Under the pieces are notes generated by a model. That model had not been told where the DNA came from, searched no databases, and was given only the letters and a program-made list of their open reading frames with translations. DNA of 57,287 bases from a virus (Duplodnaviria; Caudoviricetes): positions 1-57,287 of IMG/VR virus record IMGVR_UViG_3300025869_000014; one strand, 5' to 3'. Numbering within the stretch: position 1 is the stretch's first letter; each line of letters opens with the position of its first letter. Of the stretch, positions 1 through 9,812 are shown piece by piece. A program made the position numbers and the translations under genes.

Positions 1-118
1 GCTTCAGCTTCAACCTGTGCGCCTATAAGAGTGTTTTGAGTCCCGCTTGTAACATTATCACCTGCAAGACCACCCACGAATGTGTTGTTTACGCCTGTGG
101 TTACTGCGGCTCCTGCTG
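1..118. repeat. Terminal redundancy: 1-118 identical to 57072-57189
   Basis: Direct comparison of both ends; indicates a circular or circularly permuted complete genome. Confidence 0.95.
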
Positions 119-3100
119 ATACACCCATAAGCGTGTTATTAGAGCCGGTTGTTATGCTATAACCTGCAACATAACCAACAGCAGTGTTATTTGCATCTGT
201 TGCTGAGGTGTTATTTTGCGTAAACAACGCAGCATAACCTATAGCCGTTGACCTGCTTCCTAGCGTTTCTTGCCCTAAAGTGTTTACGCCAATAGCTATG
301 TTGAAATCAGCGTCTGTTAACGCATCACCTGCTAGACCACCGATTAGGGTGTTAGATACGCCTGTGGTTACTGCGGCTCCTGCTGTATACCCCACGGCTG
401 TGTTAAAAGAATCTGTAGCTGATGTAAAGTTTTGCGCTTCTAAAGCGCCTACACCAATCGCTGTTGTTTTACTTCCTAATGTATCTCCTGATAAGGCGTG
501 ATAGCCTAGTGCTACGTTATAATCAGCGTCAGTTAAAGCATCACCTGTTAATCCACCGATGAGCGTATTTTGAACGCCTGTGGTTACTGAATCTCCACAT
601 TGAAAACCAATAGCAACATTGTAAGCATTTGTAGCTGAAGTAAAGTTTTGAACTTGTAATGCACTACGACCTATGGCTACTGACCTTGAGCCTAAAGTAT
701 CGCCTGATAAAGCTAAATAACCTATAGCAACATTATAATCAGCATCTGTTAAAGCATCACCCGCTAGTCCACCAATGAGGGTGTTTTCTGTGCCTGTGGT
801 TACTGCATTACCTGCGCTATAACCGACCGCTGTATTATAGGCAAGACCATCATAATTCTGTGCGTTTAATGTATAAGCACCAATCGCAACACTCCTGCCG
901 CCAGTGTCTTCCGTTTGCAGCGCATTCAGGCCAAGTGCCACGTTCTGACTGCCCGTAGTAAGAGAGTTGCCTGATAAGCCACCCATAAGGGTATTGTTTG
1001 TGCCTGTGGTTACTGATTGTCCTGAACCATAACCCAATGCTGTGTTGTACATGTTAGCTGCTGAAGCAGGGTTTTGAACTTCAAGTGCATAAGTACCAAC
1101 AGCGGTTGAGCGACTACCTACAGTGTTAGCGCCTAAAGAGCTATACCCGACAGCAACATTATTATCTGCATCAGTTAAGGCATCACCTGCTAAACCACCG
1201 ATCAGGGTGTTCTGAACACCTGTGGTTATTAATTCTCCAGTGCCGTAACCAACTGCTGTGTTATAAGAATCTGTAGAAGTTGTAAAGTTTTGAGACTGTA
1301 GTGCGGCTCGTCCAATAGCTACGTTTCTATCGCCTTTGGTATCAGCACTAAGAGCATGGGTTCCTACTGCAACATTAGTGTTTCCGACAGTAAGCGCATC
1401 CCCTGCAAGTGCACCGATTAACGTGTTTTCTGTGCCTGTGGTTACTGCATTACCTGCGCCGTACCCGACAGCCGTGTTGTAGGTAGTAGTTGCCGTTGTA
1501 AAGTTTTGGTTGTATAGCGTTTCGTAACCAATAGCGACTGAGCCAGTTCCTTTAGTATCTAGCCTTAAAGCTAACCGTCCCATTGCTACATTTTGATTAC
1601 CTTCTGTTATGCCGAAACCTGAGTCGCGCCCAATAAAAGAATTAGAATGGCCAGTAGTAATTGCATTTCCAACGCGTCCACCTACAAGCGTATTAGATGC
1701 GCCTGTGGTTATTGCTGCTCCGGCGTTGTGTCCAATGCCTATATTATAAGCAGCAGTTGAATCGGTAAAGTTTTGACTACCTAAAGCAAAATAGCCTATG
1801 CCAATAGACCTGCCTCCTGTTGTCTCAGCAACTAACGCAGACGAACCAATAGCTGCATTATAAGTACCTGTGGTGTTTGCTGATAAAGCATGATGTCCAA
1901 CGGCAATGTTGTTAGAGGCGGTAGTGTTGGAGTTTAATGCGGCATCACCTAATGCTACATTAGCAGCGCCTGTGGTGGTTGCGCCTAACGCACTATAACC
2001 AACCGCTACGTTAGAACCTCCAGAAGTAAGAGCATCACCTGCAAGACCGCCGATTAGGGTAGCGCGGGTAGCTGTGGTTACTGTTTGCCCTGCATCGTAA
2101 CCGATAGCAACGTTATACATGTCTGTATTTGAGGCAGGGTTTTGCAGACGTAGCGCATTATTTCCTATTGCTACTGACCTATCACCGACAGTGTTAGCAT
2201 GTAAAGCTTGATAGCCCATACCTACATTGTGATCACCTGTGGTGTTCGCTACTAAAGCACTTTTACCCACTGCCGTGTTGTAAGAAGCGGTGGTGTTTGC
2301 GTATAGAGCAGTATCACCAACCCCTACGTTGTTTGCGCCTGTGGTGTTTGAAAGTAAAGCACTATTGCCAACTGCTACGTTATTTGCTGCCGTGGTATTA
2401 CTACTTAAAGCTGCATATCCAAGACCAGTGTTTGTCGTACCTGTCGTGTTAGCGTCTAAAACAAAAGCTCCTAATGCGGTATTTCCAGCACCAGTATTAT
2501 TTAAAAGAGTCTGATGGCCGACAGCAGTATTATTTGATGCAGTAGTATTGATTTGTAAAGATTGTCTACCTATGGCAGTATTTGCAGTTCCGGTAGTGGT
2601 ACTTGTCAGTGCATTTTGACCAACTGCCACATTACTGTCAGCAGTAGTTACAGCATCTCCGGCAGCATCTCCTATAAAGACACTATAACTGCCTGTAGTA
2701 ATAGATGAACCTGCGCCTTTACCCACCGCGGTATTTTGTGTGCCTGTGGTGTTTGCATTTAAAGCACTTCTACCCACTGCCGTATTGTTTGTGCCTGTGG
2801 TGTTTGCTGCTAAACCACCTGTTCCTACCGCAGTATTATTAGAAGCTGTGGTATTAGCACCTAAAGCACTTGTACCTACTGCGGTATTGCTTCCGCCAGT
2901 AGAGTTTGCGTCTAAAGATACTGTGCCTACTGCGGTGTTTTGTGTGCCGGTGGTGTTCGCGTACAGTGCGCTTTGTCCTACTGCAACATTCGCATTACCT
3001 GTAGTGTTTGATGCTAAAGAGGTATAACCAAAAGCTGAGTTGCCAGAAGCTGTAGTGTTTGCACCTAAAGAAGCATAGCCCACTGCTGTATTATTATCTG

Positions 3101-5213
3101 CAGTCGTGTTAGCGTCTAAAGAACCCATGCCGACAGCGACATTATAGTCTCCTGTGGTGTTCGCTACTAAAGCCTCTCTACCAAAAGCAGAATTTCTTAC
3201 TCCTGTTGTATTTCCACCTAAAGCGCCATAGCCAAGGGCTGAGTTATAAGAACCCTCCGTATTTGCATCTAAAGAATTAGTACCCACGGCAACATTTTCA
3301 GTTCCTGTGGTGTTTGCGCTTAAAGAGTTGTAACCCATCGCTGTGTTGTTAGAGGCAGTTGTGTTTGCTTTTAGCGCCTGAAAACCCACGGCCACGTTAC
3401 TAGCACCAGTTGTATTTATGTCCATTGCTAAATAACCAAGGGCAACATTATTGCTTCCTGTTGTGTTATTCCGCAGAGCGCCGTAGCCCATAGCTATATG
3501 ATTGGAGCCAGTAGTGTTGTCCTCTAATGCTCTTCTACCTACGCCAGTATTAGTTTCGCCTGTTGTGTTGGAAAGCAGGGAATCCACACCAACCGCGGTA
3601 TTACTAGAGCCTGTGGTGTTTGCAGTTAAAGTGCTTCTGCCCAAGGCAGTGTTGTTTGCTCCAGTAGTGTTCTGTCCTAAAGCAGAGCCGCCTACCGCTG
3701 TATTATTGTCTGCCGTGGTGTTTGCGTCTAAAGAAAAAGCACCGACCGCAGTATTTTGAGTTCCTGTAGTGTTTGAAGCAAGCGAGTTACTGCCTATGCC
3801 AACATTGTTATCACCAGTAGTAATCGCAGTACCTGCTTCATCGCCCACGACAGTATTATAATTACCACCGCTTACAATGCTGTTACCTGCGTTGACACCA
3901 AAGCGGACGTTAGAGGTTCCTAGCGTTGGTGTGGATATAGAGCCCGTGACTTCTTGATCGCCCACCACCTTTAATCCATGAGTGGGAGTGAGTAGAGTTT
4001 TGGCTGTACTGTTTTCTATTGAAATAGTCGCGCGTGCGGTTCCGCCGGTATCCATCAGTTTTATGAGCGGGCCGTCAGCGGTTGCGTTACCAGCATATAG
4101 AGCCGCTATAGTTGCGGAAGACGGTCTAAATGCGACGGTTGGCGCTGTTATTGTTTCCGAACTAGTAAAATAAGGCGCTGTTGCTCCGCCTGCGTAAACG
4201 TCACCGGAGAACGTAGCCGTAGTGGCTGTGATGCCTGCGTTAAACGTAGCCGCACCTGCTTCTGACATATCTAAAACAATAGCATTGATGCTTGAGCCAC
4301 CGTCAGACCCGGATAAATAAATATCACCGTCTGATACCATGTTCTGCAAATACAAATTATTTGGCGTAGAGTTTGTGTACAGAGAACCCCAGTGAGTGCC
4401 GCCATTTAAAAGTTTGATGTCTGCACCATCCGCATCAAGGAGGATGTCTCCTGCAACGTCGAGGGTTAGGTCGCCTGAACTTACGTCAATCTCATTGCCA
4501 TCTATCGTAATGTTATCTACTACTACACCCGCGTTGGCTGTTACTACGCCGCCTGCGACAACAGTGCCAGATACATCTAAGTTACCATTCAGGTCTACGG
4601 TGGTAGCAGCTATCTGAATCTCAGTGTCAGCAACGATGTCAAGCTGTCCGTCTGCGCTTGAGTTTATGTAGATTGCGGCATCGCGGAACTGAACTTTGTC
4701 TGTTGTGCTAAGTTCTATATTAGTGCCGCCGGAGGTGTTACCTGCAACCAACACTTCTGTCAGCGTATCTGTTACGCCCGGATCAACGCCCGCCATCGCA
4801 TCAACTACCGCTGCGCCTGAGCCTGCACCATCTAAATAAACAATCGCCGTTTTACCTGTAAGAATGGTAACGTTAGCCCCAGAGCCTTGAGAGATTGCAA
4901 TCGATTGTGATCCTGTAGTTGCATTCTCTATAAACATCACGCGAGATAAAGTATTAGGTGCAATCGTACAAGTTCTTGTTGCCGTCAAACTGCCAGCAGA
5001 AGTAATCTTAAAGTACATTGCACGAGCAGGATCTGAAGTACCATCTGCAACGGTAGTTGTTGCGTCAGCATCGGAACTAAACACCTGCTGAGTTGCATAA
5101 CCTAGTGCTTCGCCAATTAACTCAAGGTTAGTATTTGTTGATGTACCCCATGTTCCGGCTTCATCGCCAGTGCTTATTTCTTTTAATCTAAGATCATTTA
5201 CATACGTTGCCAT
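1..5213 (-). CDS. Tail fibre / receptor-binding protein, N-terminal 1,737 codons; runs off the window start and continues at 57071
   Basis: Not in the ORF track because it is open at the edge. ATG at 5213 (MATYVNDLRLKEISTGDEAGTWGTSTNTNLELIG...), open frame to position 1, dozens of 17-aa NTTGxxNTAVGxxALxx repeats; joins in frame to the C-terminal part at 56576-57071 (about 1,902 aa in total). Confidence 0.92.
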   Translation of the reverse strand, partial: MATYVNDLRLKEISTGDEAGTWGTSTNTNLELIGEALGYATQQVFSSDADATTTVADGTSDPARAMYFKITSAGSLTATRTCTIAPNTLSRVMFIENATTGSQSIAISQGSGANVTILTGKTAIVYLDGAGSGAAVVDAMAGVDPGVTDTLTEVLVAGNTSGGTNIELSTTDKVQFRDAAIYINSSADGQLDIVADTEIQIAATTVDLNGNLDVSGTVVAGGVVTANAGVVVDNITIDGNEIDVSSGDLTLDVAGDILLDADGADIKLLNGGTHWGSLYTNSTPNNLYLQNMVSDGDIYLSGSDGGSSINAIVLDMSEAGAATFNAGITATTATFSGDVYAGGATAPYFTSSETITAPTVAFRPSSATIAALYAGNATADGPLIKLMDTGGTARATISIENSTAKTLLTPTHGLKVVGDQEVTGSISTPTLGTSNVRFGVNAGNSIVSGGNYNTVVGDEAGTAITTGDNNVGIGSNSLASNTTGTQNTAVGAFSLDANTTADNNTAVGGSALGQNTTGANNTALGRSTLTANTTGSSNTAVGVDSLLSNTTGETNTGVGRRALEDNTTGSNHIAMGYGALRNNTTGSNNVALGYLAMDINTTGASNVAVGFQALKANTTASNNTAMGYNSLSANTTGTENVAVGTNSLDANTEGSYNSALGYGALGGNTTGVRNSAFGREALVANTTGDYNVAVGMGSLDANTTADNNTAVGYASLGANTTASGNSAFGYTSLASNTTGNANVAVGQSALYANTTGTQNTAVGTVSLDANSTGGSNTAVGTSALGANTTASNNTAVGTGGLAANTTGTNNTAVGRSALNANTTGTQNTAVGKGAGSSITTGSYSVFIGDAAGDAVTTADSNVAVGQNALTSTTTGTANTAIGRQSLQINTTASNNTAVGHQTLLNNTGAGNTALGAFVLDANTTGTTNTGLGYAALSSNTTAANNVAVGNSALLSNTTGANNVGVGDTALYANTTASYNTAVGKSALVANTTGDHNVGMGYQALHANTVGDRSVAIGNNALRLQNPASNTDMYNVAIGYDAGQTVTTATRATLIGGLAGDALTSGGSNVAVGYSALGATTTGAANVALGDAALNSNTTASNNIAVGHHALSANTTGTYNAAIGSSALVAETTGGRSIGIGYFALGSQNFTDSTAAYNIGIGHNAGAAITTGASNTLVGGRVGNAITTGHSNSFIGRDSGFGITEGNQNVAMGRLALRLDTKGTGSVAIGYETLYNQNFTTATTTYNTAVGYGAGNAVTTGTENTLIGALAGDALTVGNTNVAVGTHALSADTKGDRNVAIGRAALQSQNFTTSTDSYNTAVGYGTGELITTGVQNTLIGGLAGDALTDADNNVAVGYSSLGANTVGSRSTAVGTYALEVQNPASAANMYNTALGYGSGQSVTTGTNNTLMGGLSGNSLTTGSQNVALGLNALQTEDTGGRSVAIGAYTLNAQNYDGLAYNTAVGYSAGNAVTTGTENTLIGGLAGDALTDADYNVAIGYLALSGDTLGSRSVAIGRSALQVQNFTSATNAYNVAIGFQCGDSVTTGVQNTLIGGLTGDALTDADYNVALGYHALSGDTLGSKTTAIGVGALEAQNFTSATDSFNTAVGYTAGAAVTTGVSNTLIGGLAGDALTDADFNIAIGVNTLGQETLGSRSTAIGYAALFTQNNTSATDANNTAVGYVAGYSITTGSNNTLMGVSAGAAVTTGVNNTFVGGLAGDNVTSGTQNTLIGAQVEAE
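94..3880 (-). repeat. Degenerate 51-bp (17-aa) tandem repeats of the tail fibre, with a 216-bp (72-aa) super-repeat in about 94-1700
   Basis: CCTGTGGTTAYT cores at 94, 361, 577, 793, 1003, 1219, 1435, 1702 (spacings 267, 216, 216, 210, 216, 216, 267). Confidence 0.9.
357..483. repeat. 127-bp segment identical to the last 127 nt of the window (57161-57287)
   Basis: Direct comparison; 127 nt is a common assembler k-mer overlap. Confidence 0.95.
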
Positions 5214-5984
5214 TTAAGCTGCCTCTTCTTGCCAGTTTGGTGTTTGACTTGCTGATACTGAATTCCAACTTGGCGTTTGATTCGCGGATATAGAGCTCCA
5301 GTTTGGTGTTTGACTTGCAGATATAGAACTCCAGTTCGGTGTTTGACTTGCAGATATAGGATTCCAATTAGGGTTTTGATTAGGATTTATTTTACTCCAA
5401 ACAAGTATCGTTCCGACTTGTCCTTGGCAAGAAACTCCAGCAACCGAAACATCAACATCAATGATAACAGTAACATTGCCAATGGAACCCGTCGAAGATA
5501 CCCCAGTAACACTACAGTTTGCATCTGCAGAAACTGAAACCGTACCAATAGATCCGCTGACAGCCAAGCCTGATGGAGAAACATTTGCAGCCGCTGTAAC
5601 AGTAACACTATTAATTCCCCCTGATGCCGCAACACCAGTGACAGAAACTTCTGAATCCGCAGAAACGGTAACACTACCAACTGAACCAGTAGCCGAAACA
5701 CCTGTAACAGAAACATTTGAATCTGCTGTAATAGATACAGAGCCAACAGTTCCAGATGCAGATACGCCTGTAACTGATACTTGAGCATCTGCTGAAACCG
5801 AAACTGTGCCAAGCGCAGATGTTCCAGATAACCCTGTAAGAGAAACATTTGCATCTGCCGAAACCGAAACTGTGCCAAGTGCAGATGATCCTTGAGCAAG
5901 AGGAACGCTTTCTCCCCAGCCAGCATCGCCCCAGCTTTGGTTAGAACTGTTCCAACCTTGAAACGCAACAGTGACATTAGCCAC
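5214..5984 (-). CDS. Virion/tail protein with 22-aa Ser/Val/Gly repeats and C-terminal 11-aa QTPNWSSISAS repeats
   Basis: 256-aa ORF abutting the fibre gene; repeats visible in the translation. Confidence 0.75.
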   Translation of the reverse strand: MANVTVAFQGWNSSNQSWGDAGWGESVPLAQGSSALGTVSVSADANVSLTGLSGTSALGTVSVSADAQVSVTGVSASGTVGSVSITADSNVSVTGVSATGSVGSVTVSADSEVSVTGVAASGGINSVTVTAAANVSPSGLAVSGSIGTVSVSADANCSVTGVSSTGSIGNVTVIIDVDVSVAGVSCQGQVGTILVWSKINPNQNPNWNPISASQTPNWSSISASQTPNWSSISANQTPSWNSVSASQTPNWQEEAA

Positions 5985-5992
5985 TAAATATT

Positions 5993-6421
5993 CTACGCAA
6001 TTCTTATAATGGCGTTACTTGCATCTGCTGTAGGAAAGGTAATTGTAAAATCACCAGCAGTAGATGTTTTATCTGCGCCAAAATCTAAAACACAAACGCT
6101 TGGGTCACCAGAAGCTGCTTCGTTAAAAATCAAAGCACCTCTTGCCGTAACCGAAGCCGAACTAAAAGTAAGGTCGTTAAAGTCTGTAAATCCAGTTGTG
6201 CCAGAACTAGTAGGTGTTACGCTTGTTAAAAAAGCACCCTTAGCTGTATAGCCACTACCACTGGACTCCCCGCTAGAAGTATAAGCTGTAGTCGAAGCTG
6301 CAAGACTTGCAGAGCTTGTATAAAGAGCAAGCTTGAAAACATTACTTGCTGCTGTAAAATTGTGCTTTGCTTCTAGCAATTCTTTTTTAAAAGAAGTACA
6401 CATTGCCTGAGTAATAGCCAT
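5993..6421 (-). CDS. Conserved phage virion structural protein (MAITQAMCTSFKKELL type)
   Basis: 142 aa, beta-rich, in the tail module. Confidence 0.7.
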   Translation of the reverse strand: MAITQAMCTSFKKELLEAKHNFTAASNVFKLALYTSSASLAASTTAYTSSGESSGSGYTAKGAFLTSVTPTSSGTTGFTDFNDLTFSSASVTARGALIFNEAASGDPSVCVLDFGADKTSTAGDFTITFPTADASNAIIRIA

Positions 6422-6708
6422 TATAGGCTCCTTATTATTTCTGCTATTTCCGGATATTCTTTAGATTCAAGTTCTGCAATCATTGTTGTCTTATTGCTAT
6501 TAACAGCTTCTTTCATGTAGAAAGAAATAACATCTTTTATTTGGCTTTTAAAAACTTCAGCCTGCTCAGAGATAAGTGGGTGGCTTTTATCTCCTACCGA
6601 TATTATAGTGCTTGTTGCTCTGTCAGCCCAATATTCAATGGGAAATCCTTTGTTATTGGTTGTTAGTACTTTAACAGAGCCAACGTTTCCTACTGTTATG
6701 TCAAACAT
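6421..6708 (-). CDS. Hypothetical phage protein
   Basis: 95 aa, 1-nt stop/start overlaps with both neighbours. Confidence 0.7.
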   Translation of the reverse strand: MFDITVGNVGSVKVLTTNNKGFPIEYWADRATSTIISVGDKSHPLISEQAEVFKSQIKDVISFYMKEAVNSNKTTMIAELESKEYPEIAEIIRSL

Positions 6709-7346
6709 TATCTAGCAGCCCTTACAGATCCAGACCTATAACTGTCTGTAGTACTATAACCTTCTCCAAGTGCTTTAAGGTTTTCTAAAGCTTCCATGTA
6801 TCTAGTATTATAAACTTGCATTAAATCAGGATTTCCTTTCATAAACGTGTATGACTCAACAAGACATCCGTAAAGCAAACTGCTTTCTGCATTAGTGCCT
6901 AGCCAACTAGTGCCATCAGAAGAGACTGTTATAGACTCCGGCTTATAAAAGTAATGAAGCTCTACATTGTAATTGCTTTGGGGTGTAGGGCCAATAATAA
7001 AATTAGCATCAGAAAATAATCCATAGTATTTTGGAACACCTTCTGTAGAAGAACTTGGGTAAGCTTCTCTAATAAAGTTTACGTCTTTAAATAACAAAAA
7101 CTCATAGCCACTGTTATCAACAGCTAATGAGTACGGAGCTAAAAAATCAGAAGGCGTTGCTAAGTAAGCATTACCAGAAGTTGTTATTCCTGTAGAATTT
7201 TTTCTAAAGTCTGGAAGCTGAACAGATTTTAAAATCCTGTCTTCTGCTTGCGTAATAATTACAGACAAATTATTAACAAACGTTGTTTCGCTATTTTGAG
7301 TATAGTCCTGAATAGCCTGCTTAAGAGTTGTAAACGTCCAAGCCAT
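6708..7346 (-). CDS. Head-tail adaptor-like protein
   Basis: 212 aa; LKQAIQDY...ITQAEDRI...GPTP...YFYKP...WL...LLYGCLVE pattern typical of podovirus adaptors. Confidence 0.65.
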   Translation of the reverse strand: MAWTFTTLKQAIQDYTQNSETTFVNNLSVIITQAEDRILKSVQLPDFRKNSTGITTSGNAYLATPSDFLAPYSLAVDNSGYEFLLFKDVNFIREAYPSSSTEGVPKYYGLFSDANFIIGPTPQSNYNVELHYFYKPESITVSSDGTSWLGTNAESSLLYGCLVESYTFMKGNPDLMQVYNTRYMEALENLKALGEGYSTTDSYRSGSVRAAR

Positions 7347-7684
7347 TACGTCACCACCGTCACATTGCCTATTTGGCCTTCAATATCTAATCCAATTGTT
7401 CTGCTGCCCAAAGCTGACACGCCGCCCCCAACTGGATTCCAAGCAAAATACTCTCTGCTTTCCTGCAAAGACTGATCTGGTCTTGGGTTTCTTAATGCTT
7501 GAGGGTCATCTAATCGAACCTTTCCTAGCTGCAACTGAGGTTGATCTTGATCTAAAACATCCTTGCCAACAAGCAAGCCTGTAGGTCTTTGATTAACAAT
7601 CTGCGGAACCAAATCTTTTTTTGGATACCTGAATCCGGTTCGATCACAATAACCAAAAGCATACTTTCCGCTAGCATAACTCAA
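7346..7684 (-). CDS. Conserved phage head-completion-region protein
   Basis: 112 aa, CDRTGFRY...DPQALRNPRPD; coupled to neighbours. Confidence 0.65.
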   Translation of the reverse strand: MSYASGKYAFGYCDRTGFRYPKKDLVPQIVNQRPTGLLVGKDVLDQDQPQLQLGKVRLDDPQALRNPRPDQSLQESREYFAWNPVGGGVSALGSRTIGLDIEGQIGNVTVVT

Positions 7685-8373
7685 AACTGATAACCTCCCG
7701 GAGAAACAAAAAGAGAAGCTTTTTCTCTAGCGGCATCAGAAGCTAAGTCCCATTGTTCTTGGTATTCTCCTTTTAACAAAGGCGCTCTTTCTGCTGCTTC
7801 TGGATACTTTATAGCCAAGTTATAAGCTAAACCAGCAACAAAGCACGGCAAGTATCTAGCAGGAATGTCCATGTTATTGCTTGCTGGCTTACCAGCATCT
7901 TCTATTCTTTCCATATAATAGTAGCCAAAAGTGTACGTCTCTTGACCATCTGGAGTAGGCCAGAGATTTATGACAACACCTGTCGGCGTTCTTTGAACGT
8001 AATACTCTAGCGGCTTAGACTGAGTAAGCTTATTAGATAGGTGAGAATATTGGCTTATAGATATCCTAGACATGCTTTGATCAAACTGACTTTGCACATC
8101 TCCGGCATCTGTTCTAAGAAAACCTTCGACAATATCAAATATCTTGCCATCTAATGTATAAGAGTTTGTGCCCGCAGTTAAAGCTTGCGTTCCAAAGTTA
8201 ACTGTCCACAAGTTTAAGCCACGGTTTTGCCACTCAAGCATTAGCAGATCAATGCTTCTTCTAGCAGTTTTGTAATCATAACCACTACGAAGTTCTAACC
8301 CAGCTCTTTCAAAAGCTTCTTCTATAGCTTCGCCAAGATCTAAGTTAAAAGAAAATGTGCCACTAGTAGCCAT
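7681..8373 (-). CDS. Head-tail adaptor / head-closure protein
   Basis: 230 aa; MATSGTFSFNLD...EEAFERAG...EWQNRGLNLWT...LWPTPD. Confidence 0.65.
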   Translation of the reverse strand: MATSGTFSFNLDLGEAIEEAFERAGLELRSGYDYKTARRSIDLLMLEWQNRGLNLWTVNFGTQALTAGTNSYTLDGKIFDIVEGFLRTDAGDVQSQFDQSMSRISISQYSHLSNKLTQSKPLEYYVQRTPTGVVINLWPTPDGQETYTFGYYYMERIEDAGKPASNNMDIPARYLPCFVAGLAYNLAIKYPEAAERAPLLKGEYQEQWDLASDAAREKASLFVSPGGYQF

Positions 8374-8648
8374 TAAACAAAGCGACCCTTAGTTTTTCCG
8401 CGAACAGCTAACCCATCAATAGGCTTTGATCTTGTTCTTCCGCCTGCTTTCATTTTAGAAGCTTCTGAAACCATACGCTCAGCTTTTAACTTTTCTGTTT
8501 CTTTTAATTCCATAGCTTCTGCTTCTTTTTTTTTGTTCTTTTTTCTTTTTTCAGTAAGCATCGCAGGAATGATACCTGCGTAATTCATAAGTCCTTCACC
8601 TTTAATTAAAGAGGCTGCTGGCGAAATGTCTGTTAATTTTAAACCCAT
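8373..8648 (-). CDS. Small basic protein
   Basis: 91 aa Lys-rich, ends MKAGG...DGLAVRGKTKGRFV. Confidence 0.7.
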   Translation of the reverse strand: MGLKLTDISPAASLIKGEGLMNYAGIIPAMLTEKRKKNKKKEAEAMELKETEKLKAERMVSEASKMKAGGRTRSKPIDGLAVRGKTKGRFV

Positions 8649-8666
8649 TACTTTTCTCCAAATTTA

Positions 8667-8930
8667 TTACTTTCGATTAGACTTGGCCCCAGAACACTTC
8701 CATCGTTTTCTAGAAAGATTGTTTGGCGTATTTGGATCGTTTTGTTTTTTCTTAGGGAGTCTTTTCTTAATGCCCAAACTTCTTGCACAATAGCTGTCGC
8801 CTTTGCTTGTTCCCGGCTTAACTCTTGGGCCACCGCCTTTTGCTTTACCCGCTTGTCCGTAGCTAACTTTCTTTCCAGTCGAAGTTACCTTAACCTTTGC
8901 TTTTCCTTTTGCTGGCTTTCTAGTAGCCAT
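8667..8930 (-). CDS. Small basic protein, DUF6321-like
   Basis: KKVSYGQ...SYCARS...DPNTPNNLSRKRWKC. Confidence 0.65.
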   Translation of the reverse strand: MATRKPAKGKAKVKVTSTGKKVSYGQAGKAKGGGPRVKPGTSKGDSYCARSLGIKKRLPKKKQNDPNTPNNLSRKRWKCSGAKSNRK

Positions 8931-9181
8931 TATCTATGCCTCGCAGTTTTCCTTGCTATCTTTTTTGGCTGTGGTGAATGCTGCTTACCTTTTTCTTTGT
9001 CAGACTTTTTCTTTCTAGAAGTAGCTTTATACTCTTTGTCGGTTAAAGCTTTTATAGCTTTCTTTGGCAGATAACGCTCACCCGTAGCCGTCTTACCTTG
9101 GGTAGAAGGTTTGCCAGACTTGGTTCCCCACTTTTCTTTTGTCCACTTTTTAAGGGACTTCTGAGGTTTCTTAAGAGCCAT
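8930..9181 (-). CDS. Small basic protein, DUF5872-like C-terminal half
   Basis: QKSLKKWTKEKW...ERYLPKKA. Confidence 0.65.
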   Translation of the reverse strand: MALKKPQKSLKKWTKEKWGTKSGKPSTQGKTATGERYLPKKAIKALTDKEYKATSRKKKSDKEKGKQHSPQPKKIARKTARHR

Positions 9182-9390
9182 TAGTCTTTATAACCTCCGC
9201 CAGCAGCCTTGTAACGTTTTGCTAACATCTGAGCTTTTCTAGCAGACCACTGGCCGCTTGATCCACCTTTAGATCCAGATTTAATCTGATTAAACAATCG
9301 CTTTCTTAAAGCAGGCTTGGTGTAGTTGCCCGCTTCATTAACACGAGACTTAGCTTTTTTCTTAGCTGGCGCTTTCTTTTTAGCTGCCAT
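9181..9390 (-). CDS. Small basic protein, DUF5872-like N-terminal half
   Basis: NYTKPALR...KGGSSGQWSARKAQMLAKRYKAAGGGY. Confidence 0.65.
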   Translation of the reverse strand: MAAKKKAPAKKKAKSRVNEAGNYTKPALRKRLFNQIKSGSKGGSSGQWSARKAQMLAKRYKAAGGGYKD

Positions 9391-9797
9391 TATCCGTAAC
9401 TCTTACTAACCTGCATAACAATGTTATAAACATCACCGCTGCTTGCGCCTACTGTAGTAAACGAAATGTCGCCAGTTTTACCTGCTGCAGAATTATTAGG
9501 GATACCTGTAAATCCTGTGAAGTCTAAAGTGTCTGACCAGTCAGATTGAAGCTGCCAAGCAAGAACATCGGTAGTTGCGTCAAAAAGTATCTTTACGCCC
9601 ATACCGATAGTCACATAATAAATCTGCTGAATCGTTACGGAAGAGCAGGCAGCATTAGTCATAGGATCTGGAGCAAGGGCAGACGCATCTATCTTTACGA
9701 CAGCCGCCTCTCCTGAGCCATCAGAAACATTTGTAAATCGAAAGATGGCCGTTTTGCCATCGTCTTGAATAGTTTGTGTCGCTACTGCATCAGCCAT
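9390..9797 (-). CDS. Virion structural protein
   Basis: Start re-assigned to ATG 9797 (MADAVATQ) after GGAGG. Confidence 0.7.
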   Translation of the reverse strand: MADAVATQTIQDDGKTAIFRFTNVSDGSGEAAVVKIDASALAPDPMTNAACSSVTIQQIYYVTIGMGVKILFDATTDVLAWQLQSDWSDTLDFTGFTGIPNNSAAGKTGDISFTTVGASSGDVYNIVMQVSKSYG

Positions 9798-9812
9798 TGC
9801 GTCCTCCAATAA

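Noticed and set aside
1-3880. Diversity-generating retroelement or invertase shufflon at the fibre
   Set aside because: No reverse transcriptase or recombinase recognised, no adenine-specific TR/VR pair, and the repeats are direct
280-5784. Plus-strand ORFs over the fibre and repeat genes
   Set aside because: Antisense shadows of repetitive minus-strand genes; no SD; opposite to operon direction
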